Source of the DNA: a bacterium
Lineage (GTDB): Bacteria > Electryoneota > RPQS01
Reading direction: 5' to 3'
DNA length: 59,470 nucleotides
Assembly (NCBI GenBank): GCA_018812265.1
Contig: JAHJDG010000127.1
Span: forward strand, 1-59,470
The notes below the pieces were generated by a model. It was not told the origin of the DNA and did no database searches. It saw only the letters and a list, made by a program, of their open reading frames with translations. The position numbers and the translations under genes were made by a program. Of this stretch, positions 20,196 through 29,514 are shown in pieces. The first letter of the stretch is position 1. Every line of letters begins with the position of its first letter.

Positions 20196-20839
20196 GCTTC
20201 GTCTTCCATTCGTCTCAAGTGACCGATCACCGTCTCACCGGCCCTGACGCATGCTCCGCGCTTGATGGCGAGCTCACTGGCGGGCGGCATGAATACGTCC
20301 ATTCGCGATCCAAAATAGATGATACCGAAACGTTCGCCGCACGTCACGTCGTCTCCTCGTTGAATGCGACATGACAGTCGGCGAGCGAGGAGTCCTGAAA
20401 CCTGCCGCCATGACACCATGCCATGGGGCGTGCGGCTCACTACGTCAATGCGAGCGTTCTTGTCTGCGGCATGAGCCGTGAAAGCAGGCCGGTAGGAACC
20501 CTTGTGGGATACGACGGATTCGACCGTGCCCGACGCCGGAACGCGGTTGACGTGCACGTTGAGAATCGAGAGGAAGATCGCCACGTGCCATCGGCCGTCG
20601 TCCAGCTTCCCCGCCTCGATAACACGACCGTCGGCGGGCGCGACCACAAGATCGTCTCCGGAAGGCGGACAGCGCTCGGGATCGCGGAAAAACCACAACA
20701 AGCCAAGCGCAACAAGCACGGCCGCGCTTCCCATTCCACTGGCTATTCCACTTCCCCAAGTTGCGGAGATCGCGAATCCTGCAGCGGCCAGCAACAGAAC
20801 GGCTAACACGACCGGAATTCCTTCAGGTGCGAGGCGCAT
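20192..20839 (-). CDS. psd: Phosphatidylserine decarboxylase proenzyme
   Basis: FFRDPER, APADG, IFLSILNVHVNRVP, self-cleavage motif FGSR. Confidence 0.92.
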   Translation of the reverse strand: MRLAPEGIPVVLAVLLLAAAGFAISATWGSGIASGMGSAAVLVALGLLWFFRDPERCPPSGDDLVVAPADGRVIEAGKLDDGRWHVAIFLSILNVHVNRVPASGTVESVVSHKGSYRPAFTAHAADKNARIDVVSRTPHGMVSWRQVSGLLARRLSCRIQRGDDVTCGERFGIIYFGSRMDVFMPPASELAIKRGACVRAGETVIGHLRRMEDEA

Positions 20840-20864
20840 GAACTACTCCGCCACGACGTTCTTA

Positions 20865-21599
20865 CTACATCGCACGGGTAAGCCGATCATGCAATTCGCG
20901 GTAGGTCTTCTCGATTCCGGACAAATCCTGAAGATAGCGATCTTTGTCGAGGCGGCGATTCTTTCGTTTGTCCCAGATTCGGCACGTATCCGGTGAGATT
21001 TCGTCGCCGATGCAAACATGATCGTTGACGACTCCAAACTCGAGACTGAATTGCGCCAGTGACAGACCGCGACGGTCGAAGAGCGATTTCAGAATCGCAT
21101 TCGCTTTGGATGCCATGCGACAGATGGCTCGCACATCATCCATCTTTGCATATCCCAGAGCGAGTGCATGCGTCTCATTGATCTGCGGATTGCCCAGCTT
21201 GCGGTCCTTGAGATAATATTCTACGATGGGAAAGTCAAGGGACTGTCCATCTTCGAGCGCAAACTGCTCTGAGAGCGGTGGAGCCGCAATATTATGAACC
21301 ACCACTTCAATGGAAATCATTTTCAGTCGGCGAACCAACAGTTCGCCGTCGGAAAGCTGCTCGACAAAGTGAGTTGGCACGTGATAGTTTTCGAGGTACT
21401 GCAGCAGGAATCCGGAAATCGAGGCATTGACACTGCCCTTTCCCGACACCCGCGCTTTCTTGGATCCGCCCCAATCGAGGAAGTCATCCTTGAACTCGAG
21501 GATCGCAAGGTTGTCGCGGTCCGTCGCATACAAGCGCTTCGTACGACCTTCAAACAACAACTCGCGCTTTTCCAAGTTCGCCCTTTCCGTTTCAATCAC
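20865..21599 (-). CDS. purC: SAICAR synthetase-like protein with several degenerate active-site motifs
   Basis: ELLFEGRTKRLY, FKDD, GKG, LEFG, DEISPDTCRIWD, LDKD; directly after purB. The fold call is secure, activity is not (see findings). Confidence 0.8.
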   Translation of the reverse strand: MIETERANLEKRELLFEGRTKRLYATDRDNLAILEFKDDFLDWGGSKKARVSGKGSVNASISGFLLQYLENYHVPTHFVEQLSDGELLVRRLKMISIEVVVHNIAAPPLSEQFALEDGQSLDFPIVEYYLKDRKLGNPQINETHALALGYAKMDDVRAICRMASKANAILKSLFDRRGLSLAQFSLEFGVVNDHVCIGDEISPDTCRIWDKRKNRRLDKDRYLQDLSGIEKTYRELHDRLTRAM

Positions 21600-21602
21600 G
21601 TA

Positions 21603-22904
21603 TCAGTCTTCGAGAATATCCAACCGACGCAGAACCTTCTCCGCCATGTCGTATCGCGGTTCAACTCGAACCAGCTCCCCCATACGCTCGGCACCGAGAG
21701 CCTCCCGGACTTCCGAATCGTTCAGCAACTCGTCGAGGAATTTCGTCTTCGTGTCGAGCACTTTGTGGGCGGCCGCCTGCACGTGCGAGTAGGCCCGTTC
21801 GCGCGTCCATCCGGTCTCCGTCAACGCCAAGAGCACGCGTTCCGATGCCAGAAGCCCGTGCGTCATGTCAAGATTCTCCTGCATGCGCTCCGGGCGTACA
21901 TCCAAGCCGTCCAAGACCCGAATCAGAATATGCAGCATGTAGTCGAGAGCGATACAGGCATCCGGAAAAACTACTCGCTCAGCCGAGGAGTGCGAAATGT
22001 CTCGTTCGTGCCACAGCGATACGTTTTCCAGTCCCACCATCGCGTAGCCGCGCAGCAGTCGCGCCATCCCGCACAATCGCTCGCAGAGAATCGGATTTCG
22101 CTTGTGGGGCATCGCCGAAGAACCCTTCTGCTTCTTCCCGAACGGCTCGAAGGCTTCAGCAACCTCGGTACGCTGCAGGTGGCGCACTTCAGTGGCGATT
22201 CGCTCCACGGTGGACGCGATCAGCGCAAGCAAACTCAGAAACTCGGCATGACGTTCACGAGCCACGATCTGAGTGGAGATCGGTGCAGCGCCCAATCCTA
22301 GGCGTTTCATCACCGCCTCTTCCAGCTCGGTATCGGTATGGGCATAGTTCCCGACGGCGCCGGAGAGCTTTCCAACCAGCACTCGTTCCAACGTCTGCCA
22401 CATGCGCGTCTCGTGCCGCGCAAATTCATCTTCCCAAAGCGCGAACTTGAGGCCGAACACCGTCGGTTCCGCATGGATGCCGTGCGTTCGACCCACCGTC
22501 GGAGTGTGACGGAATTCGCGGGCTCGCCGCGTCAAGATCAACCGAATCGCCGCCATATCATCGAGCAGCAACGCCGCCGCATCCTTAATCTGCAGCGCGA
22601 AGGCGGTATCGAGAACGTCGGACGACGTCAGTCCTTGATGGATGTATCGCGAGTTCGGCCCCACGTACCGTGCGATCACCGTCAGAAACGCGATGACGTC
22701 ATGCTGGACGTCGGCTTCGACTTCGGCGATCTCATCGGGCGAGAACCGCGCCGTGTTTCGGATGTGAGCGCAAACATCGGCGGGAATGCCACTGCGCTCC
22801 GCCCTTGCTTCGAGAACGGCAAGCTCAACTTTCCACCAAGCCTCGAAACGGGCTTGATCCGTCCATAGTCGAGCCATCGGTTCACGGGAGTATCGAGTGA
22901 TCAT
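21603..22904 (-). CDS. purB: Adenylosuccinate lyase
   Basis: MITRYSREPM, HDVIAF, GRTHGIHAEPT, signature SSAMPHKRNP. Confidence 0.96.
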   Translation of the reverse strand: MITRYSREPMARLWTDQARFEAWWKVELAVLEARAERSGIPADVCAHIRNTARFSPDEIAEVEADVQHDVIAFLTVIARYVGPNSRYIHQGLTSSDVLDTAFALQIKDAAALLLDDMAAIRLILTRRAREFRHTPTVGRTHGIHAEPTVFGLKFALWEDEFARHETRMWQTLERVLVGKLSGAVGNYAHTDTELEEAVMKRLGLGAAPISTQIVARERHAEFLSLLALIASTVERIATEVRHLQRTEVAEAFEPFGKKQKGSSAMPHKRNPILCERLCGMARLLRGYAMVGLENVSLWHERDISHSSAERVVFPDACIALDYMLHILIRVLDGLDVRPERMQENLDMTHGLLASERVLLALTETGWTRERAYSHVQAAAHKVLDTKTKFLDELLNDSEVREALGAERMGELVRVEPRYDMAEKVLRRLDILED

Positions 22905-24178
22905 CGTTGCGCCTCGGATTCGTCCGGCGGGAGCGGTGCCAATGTCACCTTCACTTCATAAACCTTTTGCTTCCGATAGATCTTGATGATCAGCGTGTCA
23001 CCAACCCGCAAATCTGTGCTGCGCAGGATCTCCTTGGCCGCGCGGGCCGAATCCACCGGACGTCCGGCGATCTCGACAATCACATCTTCGATGTGGATTC
23101 CGGCCTCGGCCGCCGGACTACCCGGCTCGACGCCCGTCACTTCCGCGCCATGCGGTTGATCCAAACCGTGGATGCGGGCTCGCGTCCACGTCAGATCGCG
23201 AGCGCGAATGCCGATCCAATAGTTGCGGTTAACTCCGCCCTTGAGAAGATCGTCAATCGCCGCCGAAATCCGGTTGGAGGGAATCGCAAACCCGATTCCC
23301 ACCGATCCGCCGGACTCCGAAAAGATCAGGGTGGTCATGCCGACGGCTACTCCTTCGGCATTGAGCAGCGGACCGCCCGAGTTGCCGCGATTGATCGCCG
23401 CGTCCGTCTGAATCATCTCGGAGTAGATTCGGCCGTCAATCTCGCTCTTGAAGTCGCGTCCCAGTGCCGATATCACTCCCACCGACACCGACGGTTGATC
23501 GTTCACGTTGAACAGTCCGTACGGATTTCCCAGGGCGATCACCCACTCTCCGACAATACTCTCATCACTATTCCCGAGCGGGATCACCGGCAGGTCTTGC
23601 GCGTCAATTTTGAGCAAGGCCATATCGAGCAGCGGGTCCGTTCCCACCACCTTCGTTACGTATCGCTGACGAGAAGTGGTCGTAACCACCACCTCCGTGG
23701 CATTCCGCACGACGTGTTCATTGGTAACGATGTAACCGTCGGAACTGATGAGGAATCCGGATCCCAGGTTCTCTACGCGACGCTTGATCGTGCGCGGCCA
23801 CATTCGTTCATCGAACAGCATCCAACTCAAGGGATCGGAAGGCAACCAGGGATTACGAACCTCCCGCACTTGAACGACGTTGATACCCACTACCGCATCG
23901 GACGTCCGGGCAATGGCGCGAGTGATGGCATTCGTTCGATGGTCGGCGATTTCTTCCTGAAGAAGAACTCGACGGTCGAACTCCTCCGGGGAAAGCGAAG
24001 GAATAGCCATTTCCGAGTCAGCCCTCTGCGACGCGGACTGCTCCGAGGCGATATCCGTATGCGTCATCGCCTTGAGCGATTCGATGTCCCGCTCTAAATC
24101 TCGATTGCGGTTGAACTGGTAAATAACCAGCAGTCCGGCAATCAGACCGACGATGAAAAAATTAAGGAACTTCCACAT
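22901..24178 (-). CDS. HtrA/DegP-family S1C serine protease with one PDZ domain
   Basis: N-terminal TM helix; GSGFLIS, TNEHVV, IQTDAAINRGNSGGP; C-terminal PDZ. Confidence 0.92.
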   Translation of the reverse strand: MWKFLNFFIVGLIAGLLVIYQFNRNRDLERDIESLKAMTHTDIASEQSASQRADSEMAIPSLSPEEFDRRVLLQEEIADHRTNAITRAIARTSDAVVGINVVQVREVRNPWLPSDPLSWMLFDERMWPRTIKRRVENLGSGFLISSDGYIVTNEHVVRNATEVVVTTTSRQRYVTKVVGTDPLLDMALLKIDAQDLPVIPLGNSDESIVGEWVIALGNPYGLFNVNDQPSVSVGVISALGRDFKSEIDGRIYSEMIQTDAAINRGNSGGPLLNAEGVAVGMTTLIFSESGGSVGIGFAIPSNRISAAIDDLLKGGVNRNYWIGIRARDLTWTRARIHGLDQPHGAEVTGVEPGSPAAEAGIHIEDVIVEIAGRPVDSARAAKEILRSTDLRVGDTLIIKIYRKQKVYEVKVTLAPLPPDESEAQR

Positions 24179-24971
24179 AACTCCGCCACACCCTCTCCAG
24201 ACGGGCGCGGACCTCTTCCGACCATGATTCGTATCCCACGGCCATGAGGGTCAATCCGTGTGCGGGAGCCTTGGGTCCCGCTTGCCGGACGTCTTCGGCC
24301 AAGAGAATTCTCTCAATATCCTGCGGATCCCGGCGACCGCGACCCACCTCTACAAACGTTCCCACCAGTAGCCGAACCATCCCGTGAAGAAAGCGATTGG
24401 CTGCGATACGGAACTCGAGGTGTGGACCGTGTTCCCGCCATTCCGCGTGATGCACCGTGGAGAGATAGTGAAGCTCTTTCTCGCTTTCATGCGCGAACGA
24501 TCGGAAAACTCGCTCTCCGACGATCAAGCCGGCAGCACGCTGCATCGGGACCGGATCCAGTCGAAATGGACACCACCACGAATACGAGCGACCGACGGCC
24601 AAGGGACGAAGTGCAATCCGATAGCGATAGGCTCGCCACTGCGCGCTATAGCGCGCATGGAAACGATCGTCCGCGATCCGGGTATCGGTAATTCGCACAT
24701 CCGGCGGCAGGAGGGAGTTTAGCGCCTTCGTGATGACTTCCGGCGGGCGCTCTCGATGAACCGTGAAGTGTGCCACTTGACCGAGCGCATGAACTCCGGT
24801 ATCCGTTCGCCCCGCCGCCATCACAACCGTCGGTTCGCCGAAAAGTTGGAGAACGGCGTTCTGCAAACAACCCTGCACCGTCCGCACGTCCGGTTGAACC
24901 TGCCAGCCGGCGAAGTCGGCTCCATCGTATTCGAGGTTGAGCCGGTATCGGGTTACAGCTCGCGAATGCAT
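24162..24971 (-). CDS. truA: tRNA pseudouridine(38-40) synthase
   Basis: EYDGADFAGWQ, AGRTDTGVHA, FHARYSA, RFLHGMVR; start uncertain (ATG 24971 chosen). Confidence 0.93.
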   Translation of the reverse strand: MHSRAVTRYRLNLEYDGADFAGWQVQPDVRTVQGCLQNAVLQLFGEPTVVMAAGRTDTGVHALGQVAHFTVHRERPPEVITKALNSLLPPDVRITDTRIADDRFHARYSAQWRAYRYRIALRPLAVGRSYSWWCPFRLDPVPMQRAAGLIVGERVFRSFAHESEKELHYLSTVHHAEWREHGPHLEFRIAANRFLHGMVRLLVGTFVEVGRGRRDPQDIERILLAEDVRQAGPKAPAHGLTLMAVGYESWSEEVRARLERVWRSYVEVP

Positions 24972-24991
24972 GGCCGGGCCGTGCTCACCGA

Positions 24992-25762
24992 CTACATCCA
25001 CGGTGCAATGGCACAAGTCAATACAAATATAACTGTTACAATAAGTTCGGCAGGCATCACCGGATGAGTGTGAAGCGCCGTTCGGACAATTCGAGGATCG
25101 TAGCCGCGTGCCTCCAGAGCGAAAGTCACATGATCTGCCCGTCGGAAGGCGGTCATGAGAAGGGAAAACAGCACTGTACGGACCTGCCGCAGTCGCGCAA
25201 CTCTCCCCCCCATCCGGTCAAGTCCCCGCGCTGCATGGGCCAATCGGATACGACGATACTCCTGCTCGAGAAATGGCACAAATCTAAGGGCCAGCGTTAC
25301 CACTAGTTCGGTCTGGGTCAAGGCGGAACGGCCGAGCTTCATACGACCGAGAAGCCGACCCACAGCCTTCCCGTACTGCTGAGGTGAATGCAAGTCGAAT
25401 AGTACAACCGTAACCGAGAGAATAAAAGCCAAACGCAGAGTGAAAAACACCGCCGCAAGAATACTCTCGGACGTAATTCCAATTCGAGGAAATTCTGCTA
25501 AACCAACCGAATCATGGCCACTTAGAAAGACATGGAATAGTCCGGTCAGCAGCAGAAATGGCCATAGGCGAAGAACCCCCCGTGTCACATTCCATACCGA
25601 AACTCTCATTGTGACAATAGCCAGCAACCATATTCCGGCCAGAAGAGTAAGCCCCTCAGCCCGGCTTATCAGAACCAAGCTCACGAGGAAAGCGATCCCG
25701 CCTCCGAGAAGACATAATGGATGGGGAGCCCGGCGCCGTCGCTGAGTAACTTGTGAGTTCAT
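24992..25762 (-). CDS. ecfT: Energy-coupling factor transporter transmembrane component T (CbiQ/EcfT family)
   Basis: Multiple TM helices; ALRFVP and both cytoplasmic ARG coupling motifs (HAARG, LEARG); directly upstream of truA. Confidence 0.8.
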   Translation of the reverse strand: MNSQVTQRRRRAPHPLCLLGGGIAFLVSLVLISRAEGLTLLAGIWLLAIVTMRVSVWNVTRGVLRLWPFLLLTGLFHVFLSGHDSVGLAEFPRIGITSESILAAVFFTLRLAFILSVTVVLFDLHSPQQYGKAVGRLLGRMKLGRSALTQTELVVTLALRFVPFLEQEYRRIRLAHAARGLDRMGGRVARLRQVRTVLFSLLMTAFRRADHVTFALEARGYDPRIVRTALHTHPVMPAELIVTVIFVLTCAIAPWM

Positions 25763-25780
25763 ATCTCTTTAAATCTATCT

Positions 25781-25809
25781 AATATACACATCCCACGTGC
25801 GAGAGTCAA
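25781..25809 (-). promoter_or_regulatory. Sigma70-type promoter for ecfT-truA and downstream genes
   Basis: TTGACT (25809-25804), 17-nt spacer ending TGTG, TATATT (25786-25781). Confidence 0.7.
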
Positions 25810-25834
25810 GCGAACCCTCTCAGTTACACAAGGG

Positions 25835-25865
25835 AGAAAATCGCCCCGAACAGAGCTCGGGGCGA
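25835..25865 (-). terminator. Intrinsic terminator after ndk
   Basis: 9-bp stem TCGCCCCGA/TCGGGGCGA, 7-nt loop, followed by TTTTCT on the minus strand. Confidence 0.7.
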
Positions 25866-25893
25866 ATGTCATCAGGGTGTGTTTCGACTGCAA

Positions 25894-26292
25894 TCAGGCA
25901 AAGAAAAAGTCTGTTTCGATTACTCCATTTTCAGGCGAGTCGGAACCGTGAACCGCATTGGTTTCGATGTTTGTTCCATATTGTCTGCGAATGGTTCCCG
26001 TATCGGCTTTTTTGGGGTCCGTGGAACCGATTACCTTTCGCCAATGTTCAACGGCGTTCTCACGTTCCAAACGTCCCACAACCACCGGGCCGCTGGTGAT
26101 GTACTTGATCAGCGCGGGGAAAAACGGCCGTTCCTTGTGAACGGCATAGAAAGACCCTGCTTGCTCAGAGGTCAATTGCAGCATTCGTAACCCGGTGATC
26201 GCGAAGTTCTCCTTTTCAACCCGCGCGATAATGTCACCTACATGGTGCGCCGCCACCGCATCGGGCTTGATAATCATCAGTGTCTTTTCCAT
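25894..26292 (-). CDS. ndk: Nucleoside diphosphate kinase
   Basis: MEKTLMIIKPDAV, FYAVHKERPFF, active-site NAVHGSDS. Confidence 0.97.
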   Translation of the reverse strand: MEKTLMIIKPDAVAAHHVGDIIARVEKENFAITGLRMLQLTSEQAGSFYAVHKERPFFPALIKYITSGPVVVGRLERENAVEHWRKVIGSTDPKKADTGTIRRQYGTNIETNAVHGSDSPENGVIETDFFFA

Positions 26293-26320
26293 GAGTCGGG
26301 TGTGCTGTCCTGTAGCGTTG

Positions 26321-27196
26321 CTATCGTTTCAGAGCTTTAGCCATCGTGGCGCCGATATCTCCGGGCGAATCAGCCACGAAAATTCCGGCATCCCGCAGAG
26401 CCTTGATTTTTTCGGTTGCGGTGCCTTTCCCCCCCGCGATAATCGCTCCGGCATGTCCCATGCGACGGCCGGGAGGAGCGGTCAAGCCAGCGATGAACGC
26501 CGCCACCGGCTTGCGGAATTCCTTCTGGATGTATGCCGCCGCTTCCTCTTCCGCGGAGCCGCCGATCTCACCGATCATCACCACGGCTTCGGTCTGCGGA
26601 TCATCCTTGAAGAGTCTCAGTGCGTCCATGAACGAAGTGCCGTTGACGGGATCACCGCCGATTCCGATACAGGTGGATTGTCCCAGCTTGCGGTCGCTGA
26701 GTTGTTTCACCGCTTCGTAGGTAAACGTACCCGAACGGCTGATGACGCCGCACTTGCCCGGCTGGTGGATGAACGCGGGCATGATGCCCATCTTGCCGAT
26801 TCCGGGAGAAATCACTCCGGGACAATTGGGACCCACCATCCGGCAGGCGGATTTGTTCAGAGCGTTCTTGACTCGCACCATGTCCCGCACCGGCACTCCC
26901 TCGGTAATCGCAACGATTATTTTCAATCCGGCGTCAATCGCTTCGAGCATCGCGTCGGCGGCGAAGGCCGGCGGAACGAAGATCACCGAGGCATTGGCGC
27001 CGGTTTCGCGAGCGGCTCGTTCGACGGTGTCAAAGATGGGGAGTTTACCTTCCCATTTCTGGCCGCCCTTGCCCGGCGTGACTCCGGCAACCACCTTAGT
27101 ATTGTATTCGAGCATCTGAGTAGTGTGGAAGGTTCCCTCGCCGCCCGTGATGCCCTGAACGAGGATGCGAGTATCTTCCGTAAGTAGTATGGCCAT
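26321..27196 (-). CDS. sucD: Succinyl-CoA synthetase alpha subunit
   Basis: VQGITG, GPNCPG, SRSGT, GIGGDP, phospho-His RMGHAGA. Confidence 0.97.
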   Translation of the reverse strand: MAILLTEDTRILVQGITGGEGTFHTTQMLEYNTKVVAGVTPGKGGQKWEGKLPIFDTVERAARETGANASVIFVPPAFAADAMLEAIDAGLKIIVAITEGVPVRDMVRVKNALNKSACRMVGPNCPGVISPGIGKMGIMPAFIHQPGKCGVISRSGTFTYEAVKQLSDRKLGQSTCIGIGGDPVNGTSFMDALRLFKDDPQTEAVVMIGEIGGSAEEEAAAYIQKEFRKPVAAFIAGLTAPPGRRMGHAGAIIAGGKGTATEKIKALRDAGIFVADSPGDIGATMAKALKR

Positions 27197-27250
27197 GAAA
27201 CGGCTCCAATCAGCAGATTATCGTGTAACGTTTTCCGGTCGCGACCTGTA

Positions 27251-28414
27251 TTATGCCTTCACCGCCGCGACGGCTTTCTTGGCAGCATCGGTGAGATCCG
27301 TAGCGACAACAAAGCTCAAGCCGGATTCACTCAGCATCTTGGCGGCGACGTCCGCGTTTGTTCCTTCGAGACGGATGACGACCGGCACGGAGATCTTGGT
27401 CTTTTTCACGGCTTCGATTACGCCGCCCGCTACGCGGTCACAGCGGACGATTCCGCCGAAAATGTTGATGAGTACGGCGCGAACGTTTTTATCGGAAAGA
27501 ATGATGCGGAAACCTTCGGCAGTCGTCTCGGCGCTGGCCGTGCCACCCACATCAAGGAAATTGGCGGGCATTCCGCCGTGCAGTTTGATGATATCCATCG
27601 TCGCCATCGCCAAGCCCGCACCGTTGACCATGCAGCCGACGTTTCCGTCGAGTTTGATGTAGTTGAGATTGGACTTGGACGCTTCGACTTCGGCCGGATC
27701 CTCTTCGGTCAGATCGCGCATCGCCACCACGTCCGGGTGACGGAACAGCCCGTTGTCGTCCAGATTCACCTTTGCATCCAATGCGATGATCCGCCCGTCG
27801 CCCGTTTCCACCAGCGGATTGACCTCTACCAAACTGGCATCGGCATCCTCAAAGGCTCGATACATGGCGGTGAAACAATGGATCGCGCTTTTAAAAGCCG
27901 CTCCCGACAGTCCGAGTGCGAATGCCAGACGGCGCGCATGAAATGCTTGGAATCCGGTCGCCGGATTGACGTGCACCTTGACGATTTTCTCGGGCGTTTC
28001 GGCGGCGACCTTCTCGATTTCCATACCGCCTTCGGTGGAAACCATGAAAACGTTTTGTGCGACGGCCCGATCGAGCAGGAGTCCCGCATATAACTCGCGG
28101 CGGATATCCACACCTTCCTCGATCAGGAGACGCAACACCTTCTTCCCTTCCGGTCCGGTCTGGTGAGTAACGAGTTGCATGCCGAGAATCTGCGCGGCAT
28201 ACTGCCGGACTTCTTGCTCGTTCTTCGCGAGTTTCACTCCCCCGCCCTTGCCGCGTCCGCCCGCGTGAATCTGGGCCTTCACCACCACCGGAAACTTGCC
28301 GAGGCCGCGAGCGATGTCGAGAGCTTCGTCCACCGAGAACGCCACCTTGCCTTTCGGCACCGGCACGTCATGGCGGGCCAGAATCTCCTTGGCCTGATGT
28401 TCGTGAATCTTCAT
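27251..28414 (-). CDS. sucC: Succinyl-CoA synthetase beta subunit
   Basis: [45 protein letters not shown]. Confidence 0.97.
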   Translation of the reverse strand: MKIHEHQAKEILARHDVPVPKGKVAFSVDEALDIARGLGKFPVVVKAQIHAGGRGKGGGVKLAKNEQEVRQYAAQILGMQLVTHQTGPEGKKVLRLLIEEGVDIRRELYAGLLLDRAVAQNVFMVSTEGGMEIEKVAAETPEKIVKVHVNPATGFQAFHARRLAFALGLSGAAFKSAIHCFTAMYRAFEDADASLVEVNPLVETGDGRIIALDAKVNLDDNGLFRHPDVVAMRDLTEEDPAEVEASKSNLNYIKLDGNVGCMVNGAGLAMATMDIIKLHGGMPANFLDVGGTASAETTAEGFRIILSDKNVRAVLINIFGGIVRCDRVAGGVIEAVKKTKISVPVVIRLEGTNADVAAKMLSESGLSFVVATDLTDAAKKAVAAVKA

Positions 28415-28465
28415 CTTGACTCCACGCCCTTATCTGAAAACTCCACGTCGCCGCCGGATCAAGTG

Positions 28466-29470
28466 TCAGTCCGGGACGATGGTGGTACCACTTTTTCCAT
28501 CCAGACTTTCGACGAATTTCGACAAATCGCAAATAATGATGCGCTGTCCACCCGATTTCAAGAAAGAGATCGCCGCTTCGATCTTGGGTCCCATGCTTCC
28601 CGGCGGGAAGTGACCTTCGGCAAGATATTGCTCCGCTTCCCGGAGTGTCATTCGAGAAAGGTTGCGCTGGTCGGGCTTGCCGTAGTTCACAGCCACGAAT
28701 TCCGTATCGGTCAGGATGAACAGTTCCTGTGCACCGATATCGCGCGCCAGAACCGCCGAGGCTCGATCCTTGTCAATCACCGCATCCACACCTTCCAGCC
28801 AACCGTCGGATTCACGGTACACCGGAATTCCTCCCCCGCCGGCGGCAATCACGATTTCGCCGCGTCCCACCAGTCGAGCAAGGGTAGATCCGTTGAGAAT
28901 CTGCAGCGGCTGTGGGCTTCCCACCACTCGTCTCCAGCCGCGCGAACCATCCTGCTTGACCACCCACCCTTCCGTCTCCGACAACTTGCGCGCTTCGTCC
29001 TCACCGTAAAACTGGCCGATGTATTTCGTCGGATTCCGCAGCGCCGGGTCTTCGGGATCCACCACGACCTGCGTGACGATGGTGACCACTTGCCGCTCAA
29101 CACCCCGACGCAGCAGCACATTCTGAAGGCATTGCTCGATCATGTAGCCCATGCCGCCTTCCGTGTCGGCCACGATAATCCCAAGCGGAAGAATCGGCGC
29201 TCGTCCTTTGGTAAGCTCAACCCTCAGAAGGGCATTGCCGACCTGCGGACCGTTGCCGTGGGTGATCGCCAAGCGATAGCCCCGTTGGATCAGTTCAGCA
29301 ACTCCCGTCAACGCTTCGCGTGTGTGGCGGAATTGGTTGGGGATCGTATCAGGCTCTTTCGGGCTGGAAATCGCATTTCCGCCCAAAGCCACGACCGCAA
29401 TGGGTGATTTGTCTTGCCCTTGGGGCTGCAAATGTTCCTCTATCCGAGTCTGCTTTGTACCAGTCGTCAC
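28466..29470 (-). CDS. arcC: Carbamate kinase
   Basis: ALGGNAI, THGNGPQVG, GGGGIP, VIDKD, PPGSMGPK; alternative TTG start at 29431 after GAGG. Confidence 0.92.
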   Translation of the reverse strand: MTTGTKQTRIEEHLQPQGQDKSPIAVVALGGNAISSPKEPDTIPNQFRHTREALTGVAELIQRGYRLAITHGNGPQVGNALLRVELTKGRAPILPLGIIVADTEGGMGYMIEQCLQNVLLRRGVERQVVTIVTQVVVDPEDPALRNPTKYIGQFYGEDEARKLSETEGWVVKQDGSRGWRRVVGSPQPLQILNGSTLARLVGRGEIVIAAGGGGIPVYRESDGWLEGVDAVIDKDRASAVLARDIGAQELFILTDTEFVAVNYGKPDQRNLSRMTLREAEQYLAEGHFPPGSMGPKIEAAISFLKSGGQRIIICDLSKFVESLDGKSGTTIVPD

Positions 29471-29484
29471 AAAGAAGAGCTTTT

Positions 29485-29513
29485 AATATATCAGACTGCC
29501 ACAAGAATGTCAA
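29485..29513 (-). promoter_or_regulatory. Sigma70-type promoter for arcC-sucC-sucD-ndk
   Basis: TTGACA (29513-29508), 17-nt spacer ending TGA, TATATT (29490-29485). Confidence 0.75.
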
Positions 29514-29514
29514 G

